A stretch of 64,000 nucleotides of DNA from Octopus vulgaris (GCA_951406725.2 OX597832.1:44826001-44890000); one strand, 5' to 3'. Shown: positions 50,457 through 63,819, counted from the stretch's first letter. The notes: generated by a model not told the origin, from the letters alone. Numbers and translations are program-made.

Positions 50457-51390
50457 GGCGGCGAGCTGGCAGAATCGTTAGCACGCTGGGCGAAATGCGT
50501 AGCCGTATTTCGTCTGCCGTTACGTTCTGAGTTCAAATTCCGCCGAGGTCGACTGTGCCTTTCATCCTTTCGGGGTCGATAAATTAAGTACCAGTTACGC
50601 ACTGGGGAGTCGATATAATCAACTTAATCCATTTGTCTGTCCTTGTTTGTCCCCTCTGTGTTTAGCCCCTTGTGGGCAGTAAAGAAATAAGAATTGTTAG
50701 CACGCCAGGCGAAATGCTTAGCTGTATTTCATCTGTCCTTACATTCTGAGTTCAAATTCTGCCTAGGTCAACTTTGCCTTTTATTCTTTCGGGGTCGATT
50801 AAATAAGTACCAAAATTTCGGCGGCGAGTTGGCAGAATTGTTAGCACGCTGGGCGAAATGCATAGCTGTATTTTGTCTGCTGTTACGTTCTGAGTTCAAA
50901 TTCTGCCGAGGTCAACTTTGCCTTTTATCCTTTCAGGGTCGATTAAATAAGTACCATTTATGCATTGGGGTCGATCTTATCAACTGACCCCCTCCCCTAG
51001 AGTAGAAAAGAAAAGAATTGATGGAAAAATGCTTTGTGGCATTTCATCTGTCTTTATGCTCTGAGTTCAAAATTCTGCTGAGATCAACTTTGACTTTCAT
51101 CGTTTCGGGGTCGATAAATTAAGTACCAGTTGTGTACTGGGGTCGAACTAATCAACTGACCCCCTCCCCAGAAATTTCGGGCCTTGTGCCTAGGGTAGAA
51201 AAGAAAGGAATTGTTAGCTTGATGGAAAAAAATGCTTTGTGGCGTTTCATCTGTCATTATGCTCTGAGTTCAAATTCTACTGAAGTTGACTTTGCCTGTC
51301 ATTCTTTCGGAGGTTCATAGAATGGTGTAAATGTAATCAACTTAGGCCCTCCCTTAAAATTGCTGGCTTTGTACCAAAATCTGAAACCGA
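50457..51390 (+). mobile_element. Cluster of ~5 same-orientation SINE B copies of different ages
   Basis: CTGAGTTCAAA core at ~50527, 50746, 50890, 51061, 51264. Confidence 0.85.
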
Positions 51391-51453
51391 TATGTGTGTG
51401 TGTGTGTAAGGCTTAATTGTTTGCATGCTTATATTTTACCAAGAAATATTACA

Positions 51454-51735
51454 TAGGCATAGGAGTGGCTGTGTGGCAAGTAGCTTGCTTACCAACCACA
51501 TGGTCCCGGGTTCAGTGCCGCGGTGTGGCAACTTGGGCAAGTGTCATCTACTACAGCACCCACTACACTCTTGAAGTGGTTGGCATTAGGAAAGGCATCC
51601 AGCAGCAGAAACTCAGCCAGATCAGATCGGAGCCTGGTGCAGCCATCTGGTTCGCCAGTCCTCAGTCAAATCATCCAACCCATGCCAGTATGGAAAGCAG
51701 ATGTTAAACGATGATGATGATAATGATGATGATGA
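51454..51735 (+). mobile_element. Chimera: SINE A head fused to family C 3' part
   Basis: Junction at ~51555 (CTACTACAGC/AGCACCCACTAC). Confidence 0.8.
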
Positions 51736-51759
51736 TATATATATATATATATATATATA

Positions 51760-52110
51760 TACTCTTTTACTCTTTTACTCTTTTACTTGTTTCAGTCATT
51801 TGACTGCGGCCATGCTGGAGCACTGCCTTTAGTCGAGCAAATCGACCCCGGGACTTATTCTTTGTAAGCCCAGTACTTATTCTATCGGTCTCTTTTGCCG
51901 AACCACTAAGTGACGGGGACGTAAACACACCAGCATCGGTTGTCAAGCAATGCTAGGGGGACAAACACAGACACACAAACATATACACACACACTTATGT
52001 ATATATACATATATACGACGGGCTTCTTTCAGTTTCTGTTTACCAAATCCACTCACAAGGCATTGGTCGGCCCGGGGCTATAGCAGAAGACACTTGCCCA
52101 AGATGCCACG
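51760..52110 (-). mobile_element. SINE family A, head truncated
   Basis: Matches other copies. Confidence 0.9.
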
Positions 52111-52148
52111 CATATATATATATCACATATGCACATATAGATAGATAG

Positions 52149-52218
<70 letters not shown>

Positions 52219-53021
52219 CACACACACACACACATGTATAGTGAGAGAGAGAATGGAAATTGAATTACTGTGATTTCTGATCATCTTCATCATCTCTTTC
52301 CTATTGTTCTCATCAGGTTATTAAATAACCCGTTTGAGACATACAAAAAAATATAAACAGTTCATAAAAGAATATGAAACTATAAGCACAGAAAAGAAAT
52401 TTAAAAAAATTATAAACAAATAACCTGAATATTTTTTGACAAAGTCTATAGCTTCCATGCTTTAAAATCATATTAGAAAATAGATTTTATATAGAAAAAA
52501 AAATCAACAAAACAAAATATTAATGTTTTTTTTTCCTTTGTGTTTTTGCAAAATTCTTGGTGATACTCAAGAGAAATCTAAAACAACAGTCTTTTATTGA
52601 AAGAAGCTACATTACATTTTATCTACAAGTGCCGTTTTACTTGCAGAAAACTCCTAATGATTTTTTTTTTTCCCCATTTTTTTCCGTGTTATTTTTGCTT
52701 TAATCTACTGTTGCCCTTCATAGGAAAAGACAATTTAATAACACTTTTCAAAAGACAGACCAGGAAAAGATTTACCATATCACCAAAATATTCATGCTCT
52801 CGTAGACACCGAAATTTCTAATTCCAAATAGCTGGCCCTTTCAAATGAAAAATATTGGTTAACTGATGGAATGTAAAGCAACTGAGCTGGTGTGTAAATT
52901 AGCGATACAGGAATACTTGTGATCTCTCTTTCTTCTAATACAAGTCACATGTTGCATATTACAAGTAAAATTTTATTCCTTTATTCCTTTATTCCTTTAT
53001 TATTCTATTCTTTGATTCCTT

Positions 53022-53393
53022 TATTACCTCAACCTTAGCAAAGGTTGAGATATTGTTTTCAGTCGTACTTGCTTGTTTGTTTGTCCATGGACAAGATATC
53101 TCAAGAACTGTTGGATGGATTTGGATGAAATTTCCAGAGATGTTTGGTCTCGGGGCTGGCACAAACTGATTAGATTTTGGGATCAATCAGGTACCAGACA
53201 AGGATTCTGGATTATCTTTCCGGGTTTTTTAATTAACTTTTGAGAGCGGTTGGGTTCATTTTTAGTATTCTCATTTGTAAGAGAGGTCGAGTTTATTTCA
53301 AATATTCTCATCTTAAAAATCACCTCCGGCTAATCGTTGAGAGGACATTGGTGTTGCCTTGGTGGAGGTTTGCACTCTCTGAGTACTCTTGTT
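53022..53393 (+). mobile_element. Helentron-associated non-autonomous element (HINE/DINE-1-like)
   Basis: TTATTACCTC.. 5' sub-TIR, GTTT microsatellite, 3' CCTTGGTGGAGGT sub-TIR, then hairpin GCACTCTCTGAGTAC and TT end. Confidence 0.7.
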
Positions 53394-53396
53394 ATT

Positions 53397-53591
53397 AACG
53401 GGAAGGTTTACGAAAATAAACAAAAGACGAAGGCAGGTGGAGTACAAACAAACAAATGTATTAGTATGGCGCTCAGGAATATAAATAGAAAAAGTCTTTT
53501 ACGTTTCGAGCCTACACTCTTCGTCAGAAAGATACACAGAAAAGAAACAAGGAGACAAAAAAATGCGTGTAGGAGCTAACGGTCTATCATG
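53397..53591 (-). mobile_element. Short Penelope-like (pLTR)/retrozyme-type fragment
   Basis: Homolog of 8701-8893; carries an intact minimal hammerhead. Confidence 0.65.
53495..53532 (-). ncRNA. Minimal type I hammerhead ribozyme (GUA cleavage triplet)
   Basis: Minus: TCTTT-CTGACGA-A-GAGT-GTAG-GCTC-GAAA-CG-TA-AAAGA; 5-bp stem I, palindromic ACGT stem III. Confidence 0.75.
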
Positions 53592-53635
53592 AATGATTTC
53601 AGTCTTTAGGTTGTGGTCATACTGCTTTCGCTCAT

Positions 53636-53865
53636 AATAATAATAATAATAATAATTGTGTACAGTGCTCAGGTGCACCACAACTCATCTAAAGTGTATA
53701 TATAATCAGGTGTAGTTTCGGCGGATTTCGGAAAGCATGAGGGCCTTAAAGGATGCAGTGTCATGGCAGTCAACAACTGACACAGGCAGTTTATTCCATG
53801 CTTCAGCAACTCTGAGCGTGGAAAAATGTTTCCGAAAGTCATGGGAGCTGTGTTGTTTTCTGACT
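53636..53865 (-). mobile_element. CR1-clade LINE 3' end with (TTA)n tail
   Basis: Manual translation RKHFSTLRVAEAWNKLPVSVV...SFKA. Confidence 0.82.
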
Positions 53866-53957
53866 CATAAACACACACATCGCCCGGTCTGAGATTCGAA
53901 CCTGCGATCCCTCGACCGTGAGTCCGCTGCTCTAACCACTAGGCCATGTGCCTCCAC
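53866..53957 (-). mobile_element. SINE family D-related tRNA head
   Basis: Head only. Confidence 0.75.
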
Positions 53958-54910
53958 AGTTAAGCTGATCTAATGTTAACAAGTAATTATAGTGTTTAGA
54001 CAGTAACTAAATGATTCTGGTCGTCCAACAAATAACTGAAGATCACTTTTTCCTTTACTATTTATAGTTTGTGGACAACAGAGACAGCAGGCAAGTGTTC
54101 AATGAGACATTCCGTCATTCTTTTAGTTTTATATTCTTTTATGCTTTTATTCTGTTGCATACCAACTTTTGTGAACTTTACCAAATGATTTTTTGTTGTT
54201 TTTTTGGGGGGGTTTCTTTTGCCAATGCAGACCACCTAACATCAACTACAACCACCATCACCTCCACCACCACCACCACCACCACCACCACTGCTTCCGC
54301 TGCCATTGCCTCCATCACTGCTGACACCACCACCACCACCACCACCACCATCACCAAAACCACCACCACCACCACCACCACCGTCATCACTTGGTCCATG
54401 ACCCAACATGGGAGACTGTTTGTGGTTGTTTAACCTGCTAGAAGCAGCAGCTAAATCTCACTCAAATCATATTTTGCTATCTTAGAAGAAGATGCAAAAA
54501 AAGACATTTTGATAATAGGTTCTGTTCAATCGGAGATGGCCAAGTGCTAAAAACAACAACAACAACAACAACAGCATCCTGGTCTTCATGTTCCTTTAAC
54601 AGAGTTCTTTCTATTCCTTGCAAGCATTCAGACCAGATCTTTTTTTTACCAGCAGATGCTAACGTTAGGCTTTGGTAACATCTATTTCACAGAACTGGGA
54701 TGGTGGTGGTGGTGGTGGTGGGGGTGGGGAATCAGTAAAGGCTGTGAGTACTGTTTCTTCTCCTTTGACTAATTCTTCATCATTGCCATCATCACTGCCA
54801 TCATCATCATCATCATCACCACCACCATCATCATCATCATTGTCGTCGTCATCATCACCACCATCATCGGTATCATCAGTATTATCATCATCATGAGCAC
54901 CTTTATAATC

Positions 54911-55112
54911 CAGCGAGCTGGCAGAAACGTTAGCACGCCGGGCGAAATGCTTAGCGATATTTCATCTGCCGTTACGTTCTGAGTTCAAATTCTGCCGAGG
55001 TCGATAAATTAAATACCAGTTATGCACTGGAGTCGATATAATCGACTTAATCCGTGTGTCTGTCCTTGTTTGTCCCCTCTGTGTTTAGCCCCATGTGGGT
55101 AGTAAAGAAATA
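54911..55112 (+). mobile_element. SINE family B with internal deletion
   Basis: Deletion between the two GGTCGA motifs. Confidence 0.85.
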
Positions 55113-55189
55113 GGTAACTTCCAAAGACAAACACAGTGCACTTTTTGCTTTGCGAAATCATCGATCAGTTTAGAGCAATCAAGTCGAGA

Positions 55190-55386
55190 GCATGCCAGTG
55201 GCATGTAAAAGCACCCACTCCACTCTCGGAGTGGTTGGCGTTAGGAAGGGCATCCAGCTGTAGAAACTCTGTCAGATCAAGACTGAAGCCTGGTGCAGCC
55301 ATCTGGTTCGCCAGCCCTCAGTCAAACTGTCCAACCCATGCTAGCATGGAAAGCGGACGTTAAACGATGATGATGATGATGATGAT
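55190..55386 (+). mobile_element. Family C fragment
   Basis: (GAT)n tail and family C body. Confidence 0.88.
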
Positions 55387-55621
55387 CTTAACCAAAATAG
55401 ATAGATGACTCATCTATGTACTTTGATCTTAACATGGGGCCCCTTCAACCATCGTGGCCCCTTGTGACCGCAGGGGTTGCAGGTGCTTAGCGACAGCAAC
55501 CCTGGGTCCAAAGGGAAAAAATGGTTGAGAAACACTGCTTTAGATGAAGCTTTCCACCATAAGCCCTTGATACACTTTTGCCTTGTTCTGCAGATTGTCA
55601 CTGTGTTAAGATAGACATCGT

Positions 55622-55829
55622 CTGGCACCTGTGCAGGTGGTACATAAAAGCACCCACTACACTCGCGGAGTGGTTGGCGTTAGGAAGGGCATCCAGCTGT
55701 AGAAACATTGCCAGATCAGACTGGGCCTGGCGCAGCCTTCCGGCTTCCCAGACCCCAGTTGAACTGTCCAACCCATGCCAGCATGAAAAACGGACGTTAA
55801 ACGATGATGATGATGATGATGATGATGAT
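55622..55829 (+). mobile_element. Family C fragment
   Basis: (GAT)n tail and family C body. Confidence 0.88.
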
Positions 55830-57611
55830 TCTGAGAAAAACTCTGGGAATTGCAATTTTATTGCAAATTTATAGCCATTAATATTCATGTGAAATTCACT
55901 GAAACCATTCTGTTTTCTTCCTGTCTTCATCTTTATTTTATCTGTTTATCTTTCTCCTTCTCTTTCCTTGTTTAATCAATCTTTCCCTCACCTTTCTGTT
56001 CCCCCTCTCTCTCGCTCTTCCTTTCTCTTTCTATCTGTCTGTCTATCTGTGTGTCTTTCTCTCTCTCTCTCCCTCTCTCTCTCTTTCTTCCTTTCTCTCC
56101 TTGTCTCACTGCCTCACCTTCTCTGAATAACAAACTGATTTTAAGCGAAAGGTAAATCTTCTTTCTTTCTCTTTGTCTTTCACCTGTTTCAGTCATTAGA
56201 CCGCAGCCATGCTGGAGCACTGCCTTGAAGGGACATTTGTTAAACAAATGAACTCAAGTACTTAACTTTAAAGTCTGGTACTTATTCTATCAATCTCTTT
56301 TTGCCAAACCACTACATCATAGGGATGTAAACAAACCAACACCACTAAATGTTATTTCTTACTTGCTTCTATGTAGAAATCAAAGGAAATGACTACCATT
56401 CCCTTCACACTTTGTTTTGTTACCTGGACATCAAGGTTTTGAAACTGACATATTTTGCCATTACACTTCATACAGATTCAGTGCTGAGTTGCTGAAGCAG
56501 AAATATCATTATAGAAAATATTCTTCTCAGTATCTCAGATTTGCTTGTCAGTTGCTTGACCTTAACCATTTGAACATGTCCCACGTGCTAACAATTCAGC
56601 CAGCTCACTGCCTTAGTAATAATAACAACAAAACAACAACAACAAAAACAACAACTAGGCAAAAAAAAAGCCTTTGGCACTTATTCTCAAGGTAATCACT
56701 ATTAGGTTAAATATTCTAATGGAATTCTCCTACCCCACTTCTTCTTCCTCCACCTCCTCCTCCTCCTCCCCATCATCATCATTACCACCACACCACCACC
56801 ACCATCATCACCATCATCATCATCATCATCATTACCACGACCACGACCACGACCACCACCACCACCACCACCACCACCACCACCACCACCACCACCACCA
56901 CCATCATCACTACCATCACCATCGTCATCACTATCGCCATTTTTCATTTTTCCAAGCTCTATCTCCATCTTTACTTTGGCAATCAGAGTTCGGCTCTGGC
57001 TATTGTCTTTGTAATGATATTGGACTTTATGAAAAGCTAAATAATTGTACCATTGGCCCACTGCCAGCTACATTTTTGGCAACTATATTTTTCATAAGAC
57101 TAAAAACCCACCCCCAATCCTTTCGTCAATAGAAGACACTACATGGCTTAGTGTTCAGGCTTCTCTCTCCGTATATATTTCATCCTCTTGTCCTTCCATA
57201 CTTTTTGTTGTTTTTGTTGTTGTTATGGCTGTTGGTCCTACTGTCACTGTTTGTTGGTGTTGGTGGTAGTGGTAGTGGTGGTAGTGAGGTTGATGTTGTT
57301 GCTGTTGTCGTTGTTGATCGCTTGTTACAGTTCTCTAATTATAAGTTCTCCGAGTCTCGTCTTTGTTTCTATTTTATTTTTAATGAAGAGTGCAAATGCA
57401 GATTAGCATACTGCTATGTATGTGTTTGTATGTGTATGTAGTGTATGTGTATGTAGTGTATGTGTATGTAGTGTATGTGTATGTAGTGTATGTGTGCATG
57501 CACACACACACACGCACACACACATACACACACACACACACATACATATATACATACATATGTATACATGCATTATATATGTTTATATATATATATATAT
57601 GTTTCACTTTT

Positions 57612-57891
57612 TCACGTGACCGACCAGACAATCAGATGTTGCTACACATCGCTGGTCACAATGCGTTTGCATTGTTTAAGCCTTCGAATGACGCCACCCC
57701 GCTGGCTAAGCGAGCAGGCCAACAGAAGAAAGAGTGAGAGAAAGAGTGGTGAAAGAGTACAACAGGGATCACTACCCCCTCCCGGAGCCTCGTGGAGCTT
57801 TTAGGTGTTTTTGCTCAATAAACACACACAACGCCTGGTCTGGGAATCGAAACCGCGATTCTCCGACCGCGAGTCCGCTGCCCTAACCACT
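57612..57891 (-). mobile_element. SINE family D (GGTCACGTGA module), head clipped
   Basis: Homolog of 18295-18600. Confidence 0.87.
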
Positions 57892-57916
57892 GTATATATA
57901 TGTGTATATATATTAA

Positions 57917-58123
57917 ATATATTAAATTAGAGATAAAACCACTATTAGGCAAATCAAACAATGAAAAACATAAACCAAAACATAGAAATAAAATCAATTA
58001 ATATATTATATTATATTAATTAATATTAATTAATTATATTAATTAATTTTATTTTTATGTTTTGGTTTATGTTTTTCACTGTTTGATTTGCCTAATAGTG
58101 GTTTTATCTCTAATTTAATATAT
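57917..58123. repeat. Inverted repeat (~85-bp arms) with AT-only spacer in TA-rich context
   Basis: ATTAGAGATAAAACCACTATTAGGCAAATCAAAC... and its reverse complement. Confidence 0.92.
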
Positions 58124-58210
58124 ATATTTATACTGTTAAATTAGATTTAATCCTAAATCTAATTTTTCCCTGTAAGTTTGGATTTACTCCCTAATATTAT
58201 TATATATATA

Positions 58211-58249
<39 letters not shown>

Positions 58250-58445
58250 CTGAACCTACCAGGGGTTCCAGATGGACCTACCTCTCGGCAGGAAACACAG
58301 ATGCGGGCAGCGACGTCGAACTCCCTTGTTGATCACGTGTCATGTATCAGAGGTGGATTCACATACTCATGTAGCTCATTCAACGGTGGTGCCCCAGCAT
58401 GGCCGCAGCTTTCGGGCTGAAACATTTTTAAGGATTTAAGGATTT
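58250..58445 (+). mobile_element. CR1/L2-group LINE 3' end (relative of 13870-14235) with (TTTAAGGA)n tail
   Basis: GVPDGPTSRQETQMRAATSNSL versus GVPDEPTSRQEVQVRAAASNSL. Confidence 0.82.
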
Positions 58446-58818
58446 ATATGTATACACTCATGTATATAATATATATATATTTATATATACATGCATACAC
58501 ACACATACATACATACATACATATACACACACATGTGCATATATATATATGCATGTACACAGACAGACGTGAATTTGCAAATGTGTAGACACATAAACAC
58601 GGACACACATCTATTATACATGTACATACATACATATGCACATACACATACACAACTAACATACATGCACATACACACACTAACATGCATGCACACACAC
58701 ACATCTAACATACACGCACATACATACAAGCATATTCACACACACTCACTCACACACATACACACACGTGCACTCATATGTTGTCACCTCTGTACTGTTA
58801 ATCACCAATCGCTCTCTT

Positions 58819-58819
<1 letters not shown>

Positions 58820-58887
<68 letters not shown>

Positions 58888-58947
58888 TGTGTGTGTGTGT
58901 GTTTGTGTGTGTGCGTGTTTGTGTGTGTGTGCATGTGTGTGTGCGTG

Positions 58948-58978
<31 letters not shown>

Positions 58979-58981
58979 TTT

Positions 58982-59045
<64 letters not shown>
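58820..59045. repeat. (TG)n microsatellite
   Basis: Seen directly in the sequence. Confidence 0.97.
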
Positions 59046-59051
<6 letters not shown>

Positions 59052-59287
59052 AGCATGTATAGGCTTCTTTCAGTTTCTGTCATCCAAAACCACTCACAAG
59101 GTAATTTCTACCCCAAATCATATTTATTCCTTGAAAGGAAATACTAGACATTCCAAGTTAATTGTTTGCCCAAAACAGAACCAAACAAACGGACAATATT
59201 AACATTTCTCTCTCATATTTGTATTTTTACTATTATTATCATAATTATTGAACATATTCTTCCATATATACATACATATATACATAC

Positions 59288-59988
<701 letters not shown>

Positions 59989-59994
59989 GTATAT

Positions 59995-60680
59995 ATTTAT
60001 ATTGTATAGAGGGCATTATTACACATAAATGCCTCACACTAAGAGGGACATAAGTCATTACTACCAAAATTTCACTAATCGTACCCAATGCAGTTTTCAA
60101 AGCAGGACATTTAAAAAGTGAATTTAGTTCTATATCACCTGTGATTTCACACTTACGCATTAAATACATCTATGTTCATCAGTAGAACTGATTCTGAACA
60201 CATCATAAATAAACAATCAATATACCTGGCGAAGTCGAACAGACATCTGCTCTCTCCGGCGAAGAACATAGAAATGTTTATAAATCATATATTCGGTAAA
60301 TGGCGGGCTTTCTCGAACTGCATGTCAGGTAGGAAAAGTATTTCTTCGGAATAAATTTAACAATTAAGGATAACTTCTTAATAAGGAATCTTAACAAGAA
60401 ATTATCAGGTAGTTAGCGTGAAAAACCTCATAAGAGAAAAAAATTCAAAGCAGGACAAACTGCATTGGGTACGATTAGTGAAATTTTGGTAGTAATGACT
60501 TATGTCCCTCTTAGTGTGAGGCATTTATGTGTAATAATGCCCTCTATACAATATAAATTAATATTTTCAAAAGGAAAAAAATTATTTTCGAATTTTTTTC
60601 TCTTATGAGGTTTTTCACGCTAACTACCTGATAATTTCTTGTTAAGATTCTTTATTAAGAGGTTATCCTTAAATGTTAAA
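59995..60680. mobile_element. Hammerhead-bearing element with interleaved inverted repeats (A-x-HHR-B-x-A'-B'), flanked by (TA)n
   Basis: A 59995-60093 / A' 60458-60560; B 60355-60445 / B' 60590-60680; direct repeat TTCAAAGCAGGACA at 60096 and 60444. Confidence 0.85.
60126..60189 (-). ncRNA. Canonical type I hammerhead ribozyme (AUA cleavage triplet)
   Basis: Minus: AGTTCTA-CTGATGA-ACAT(ag ATGTATT t AATGCGT aa)GTGT-GAAA-TCAC-AG-GTGA-TA-TAGAACT. 7-bp stem I and intact core; predicted cut between 60133 and 60132. Confidence 0.85.
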
Positions 60681-60718
60681 TATATATGTATATATATATA
60701 TGTATATATATATATATG

Positions 60719-60784
<66 letters not shown>

Positions 60785-60785
60785 C

Positions 60786-60828
<43 letters not shown>

Positions 60829-60889
60829 AGAGTAAACACATAAATGTGAAACAAGGTGGAAAAAAGAGTATTCAAATACCAGTGGTAGA

Positions 60890-60931
<42 letters not shown>

Positions 60932-60968
60932 GTAACTACGACAACAACAACAACAACAATAATAATAA

Positions 60969-61013
<45 letters not shown>

Positions 61014-61887
61014 GGTCTACTGATTCCATTGATAATTTTTGATTTCTTCTGCTTAAATACATAATTTCATCTCTTCAGACAACCCATTTCAGTTCTATTA
61101 CTGCTCTACTGCTCTTTCCTTTTCCTTTCGCAAAGACAGGCCCCTTCTAACAGCAATTTTCATTTCTTCTCTATTTCAATTGCCCATTATCTTTCGCTAA
61201 TGTCGTAACTACTTAATATAAATAATATTTGCTTTCAGTTCCATTAATATTTCATTGAATTTTCAAAACAAAACCCTACAAAATATAATGATTTCCTTTT
61301 CAAGTTCCTGTCTTTGATTTTTTAAAAAAAAAGAATTTTTTTCACAAAAAGGAAAACAGAAAATCAGACCCTTCTAGCAATTTCCACTTTTTGTAAGTCG
61401 ATTCACCACTCCACTTCACTCATGGCAATACTAATTAAAAACTGATTTTTTTTTCCAGTTCTGTTTAGGTTTCCCCCCAGTTTTTTCAAACACAACCTTA
61501 TAAATATACACACCTTTTCAAGTTCTTTTATTTTATTTCTATGACATTCCATAAATATTTGTTGCTTCAATTCTTTGATATCTATATGAAGTTCAACTAT
61601 ACTTTCTTTCCTTCTTTGCTTCTTTCTTTCATTCTCTTTTTTTCTTCTTACCTGCCTTCCTTCTTTTCTTTCTTTGTTCTTTCATTCTTTCTTCCTTCTT
61701 TCTTCTCTTCTCTTCTCTTTCTTTTTTCCCTTCTTTCACACTCACCACAATTCATTCGTCCTATTATCTCTCAATGACTGGTTTCATTACTTGGTTGATC
61801 CCAGGCACAGAATACAACAAATATGATATAATCACCACATAAAAATAAGGTGGTAGGGATTGTTCCAAATAACCTCATACATAACAA

Positions 61888-62023
<136 letters not shown>

Positions 62024-62089
62024 GTATATATATATATATATATATATGTATATGCATATATATATATATATATATTTATATGTATATGC

Positions 62090-62136
<47 letters not shown>

Positions 62137-62144
62137 CATATATA

Positions 62145-62195
<51 letters not shown>

Positions 62196-62198
<3 letters not shown>

Positions 62199-62392
62199 TC
62201 ATCATCATCATCATCATCGTTTAACGTCCGTTTTCCACGCTAGCATGGGTTGGACGGTTCGACCGGGGCCTGGGGAGCCAGGGTCTGCTCCAGGCTCCAG
62301 TCTGATCTGGCAGTGTTTCTACAGCTGGATGCCCTTCCTAACGTCAACCACTCCGCGAGTGTAGTGGGTGCTTTTTACGTGCCACCGACACA
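62196..62392 (-). mobile_element. Family C fragment
   Basis: (CAT)n plus family C body. Confidence 0.88.
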
Positions 62393-62393
62393 G

Positions 62394-62454
<61 letters not shown>

Positions 62455-62604
62455 GGAAGTAAGAAGAAAAATAAGCGAAAATGCACATTGGGGATAAAAA
62501 AAAGTAAAGGCTTTTTATGAAAAGTGACGATAGACATATACAATTAGATGAACTGAGGTAGGAATAAAAGTAATTAAGGTCATTATTGTGAATTGTTAAA
62601 GAGA

Positions 62605-62650
62605 TTCAAAAGCATACTGGTTTCGTGAATTTACTAATCATTGCTTTGAA
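62605..62650 (-). ncRNA. Hammerhead-like motif with A3/U8 core variant
   Basis: Minus: AAAGCA-ATGATTA-GTAAATTCAC-GAAA-CCAG-TA-TGCTTT; 6-bp stem I, weak stems II and III. Confidence 0.5.
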
Positions 62651-63281
62651 TGCACACCGATTAATGAACAGTGTCAGGTCTACTAGTCCCTGAGTTAAAT
62701 GATTATGTGTAAGGGAGGTAAGTAGTTCTGGATCTGGTGCAATTAGGGTAGATAAAGAAGAAGAAGAAGAAGAAGAAGAAGAAGAAGAAGAAGAAGAAGA
62801 AGAAGAAGAAGAAGAAGAAGAAGAAGAATTGGAAGAAGAAAAAGAAGAAGAAGAAGAAGAAGAAGAAGAAGAAGAATATTAAGCAATTCCCTGGTAACTC
62901 CAATCTCCATAATGATAATAATAATAATAATAATAATGATGATGATGATGATAATAATAACAACAACAACAGCAGCAACAAGAACAACAACAACAGCAGC
63001 AACAAAAACAACAACAACAACAACAACAATAATAACTTTAATACTGGCTGTAATAATAATTTTGTTACTATGCATTCTATCAATGACAATTATAATAGTA
63101 ATGGTAGTAATAATACTAATGATTGTAATACTAATAATAATTATACGAATGTGGGCCATTATCTTCGTAATAATAATAAAAGTGCTACATTGATATGACC
63201 ATACTTAACAATGGTAATAATATCAGCAATGATAATAATGACAGTGATTATACCGGTAATAAAAATATACTCTTGAGGAGT

Positions 63282-63457
63282 AGGTGCAGGAGTGGCTGTG
63301 TGGTAAGTAGCTTGCTTACCAACCACATGGTTCTGGGTTCGGTCCCACTGTGTGGCACCTTGGGTAAGTGTCTTCTACTATAGCCTTGGGCCGACCCAAA
63401 CCTTGTGGGTGGATTTGGTAGACGGAAACTGAAAGAAGCCCGTCGTATATATATGTG

Positions 63458-63501
<44 letters not shown>

Positions 63502-63736
63502 GTATATATGTGTGTGTGTGTGTGTATGTTTGTGTGTCTGTGTTTGTACCCCCAACATCGCTTGACGATGCTTGTGTGTTTACGTCCTCATAACTTAGTG
63601 GTTTGGCAAAATAGACCAATAGAATAAGTACTAGGCTTACAAAGAATAAGTCCTGGGGTCGATTTCCTCTACTAAAGGCGGTGCTCCAGCATGACCACAG
63701 TCAAATTGACTTAAACAAATAAAAGAGTAAAAGAGT
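63282..63736 (+). mobile_element. SINE family A
   Basis: Full-length match to other copies. Confidence 0.9.
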
Positions 63737-63737
63737 T

Positions 63738-63768
<31 letters not shown>

Positions 63769-63819
63769 TAACAATAAAAATAATAATAATAATAACAATG
63801 ATGGTAGTACTAGTAATAA

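Noticed and set aside
52260-52322. CTGATGA...GAAA on the minus strand (also CTGANGA at 13125, 30366, 31464, 45128, 61072)
   Set aside because: No convincing stem I/II/III pairing; expected by chance.
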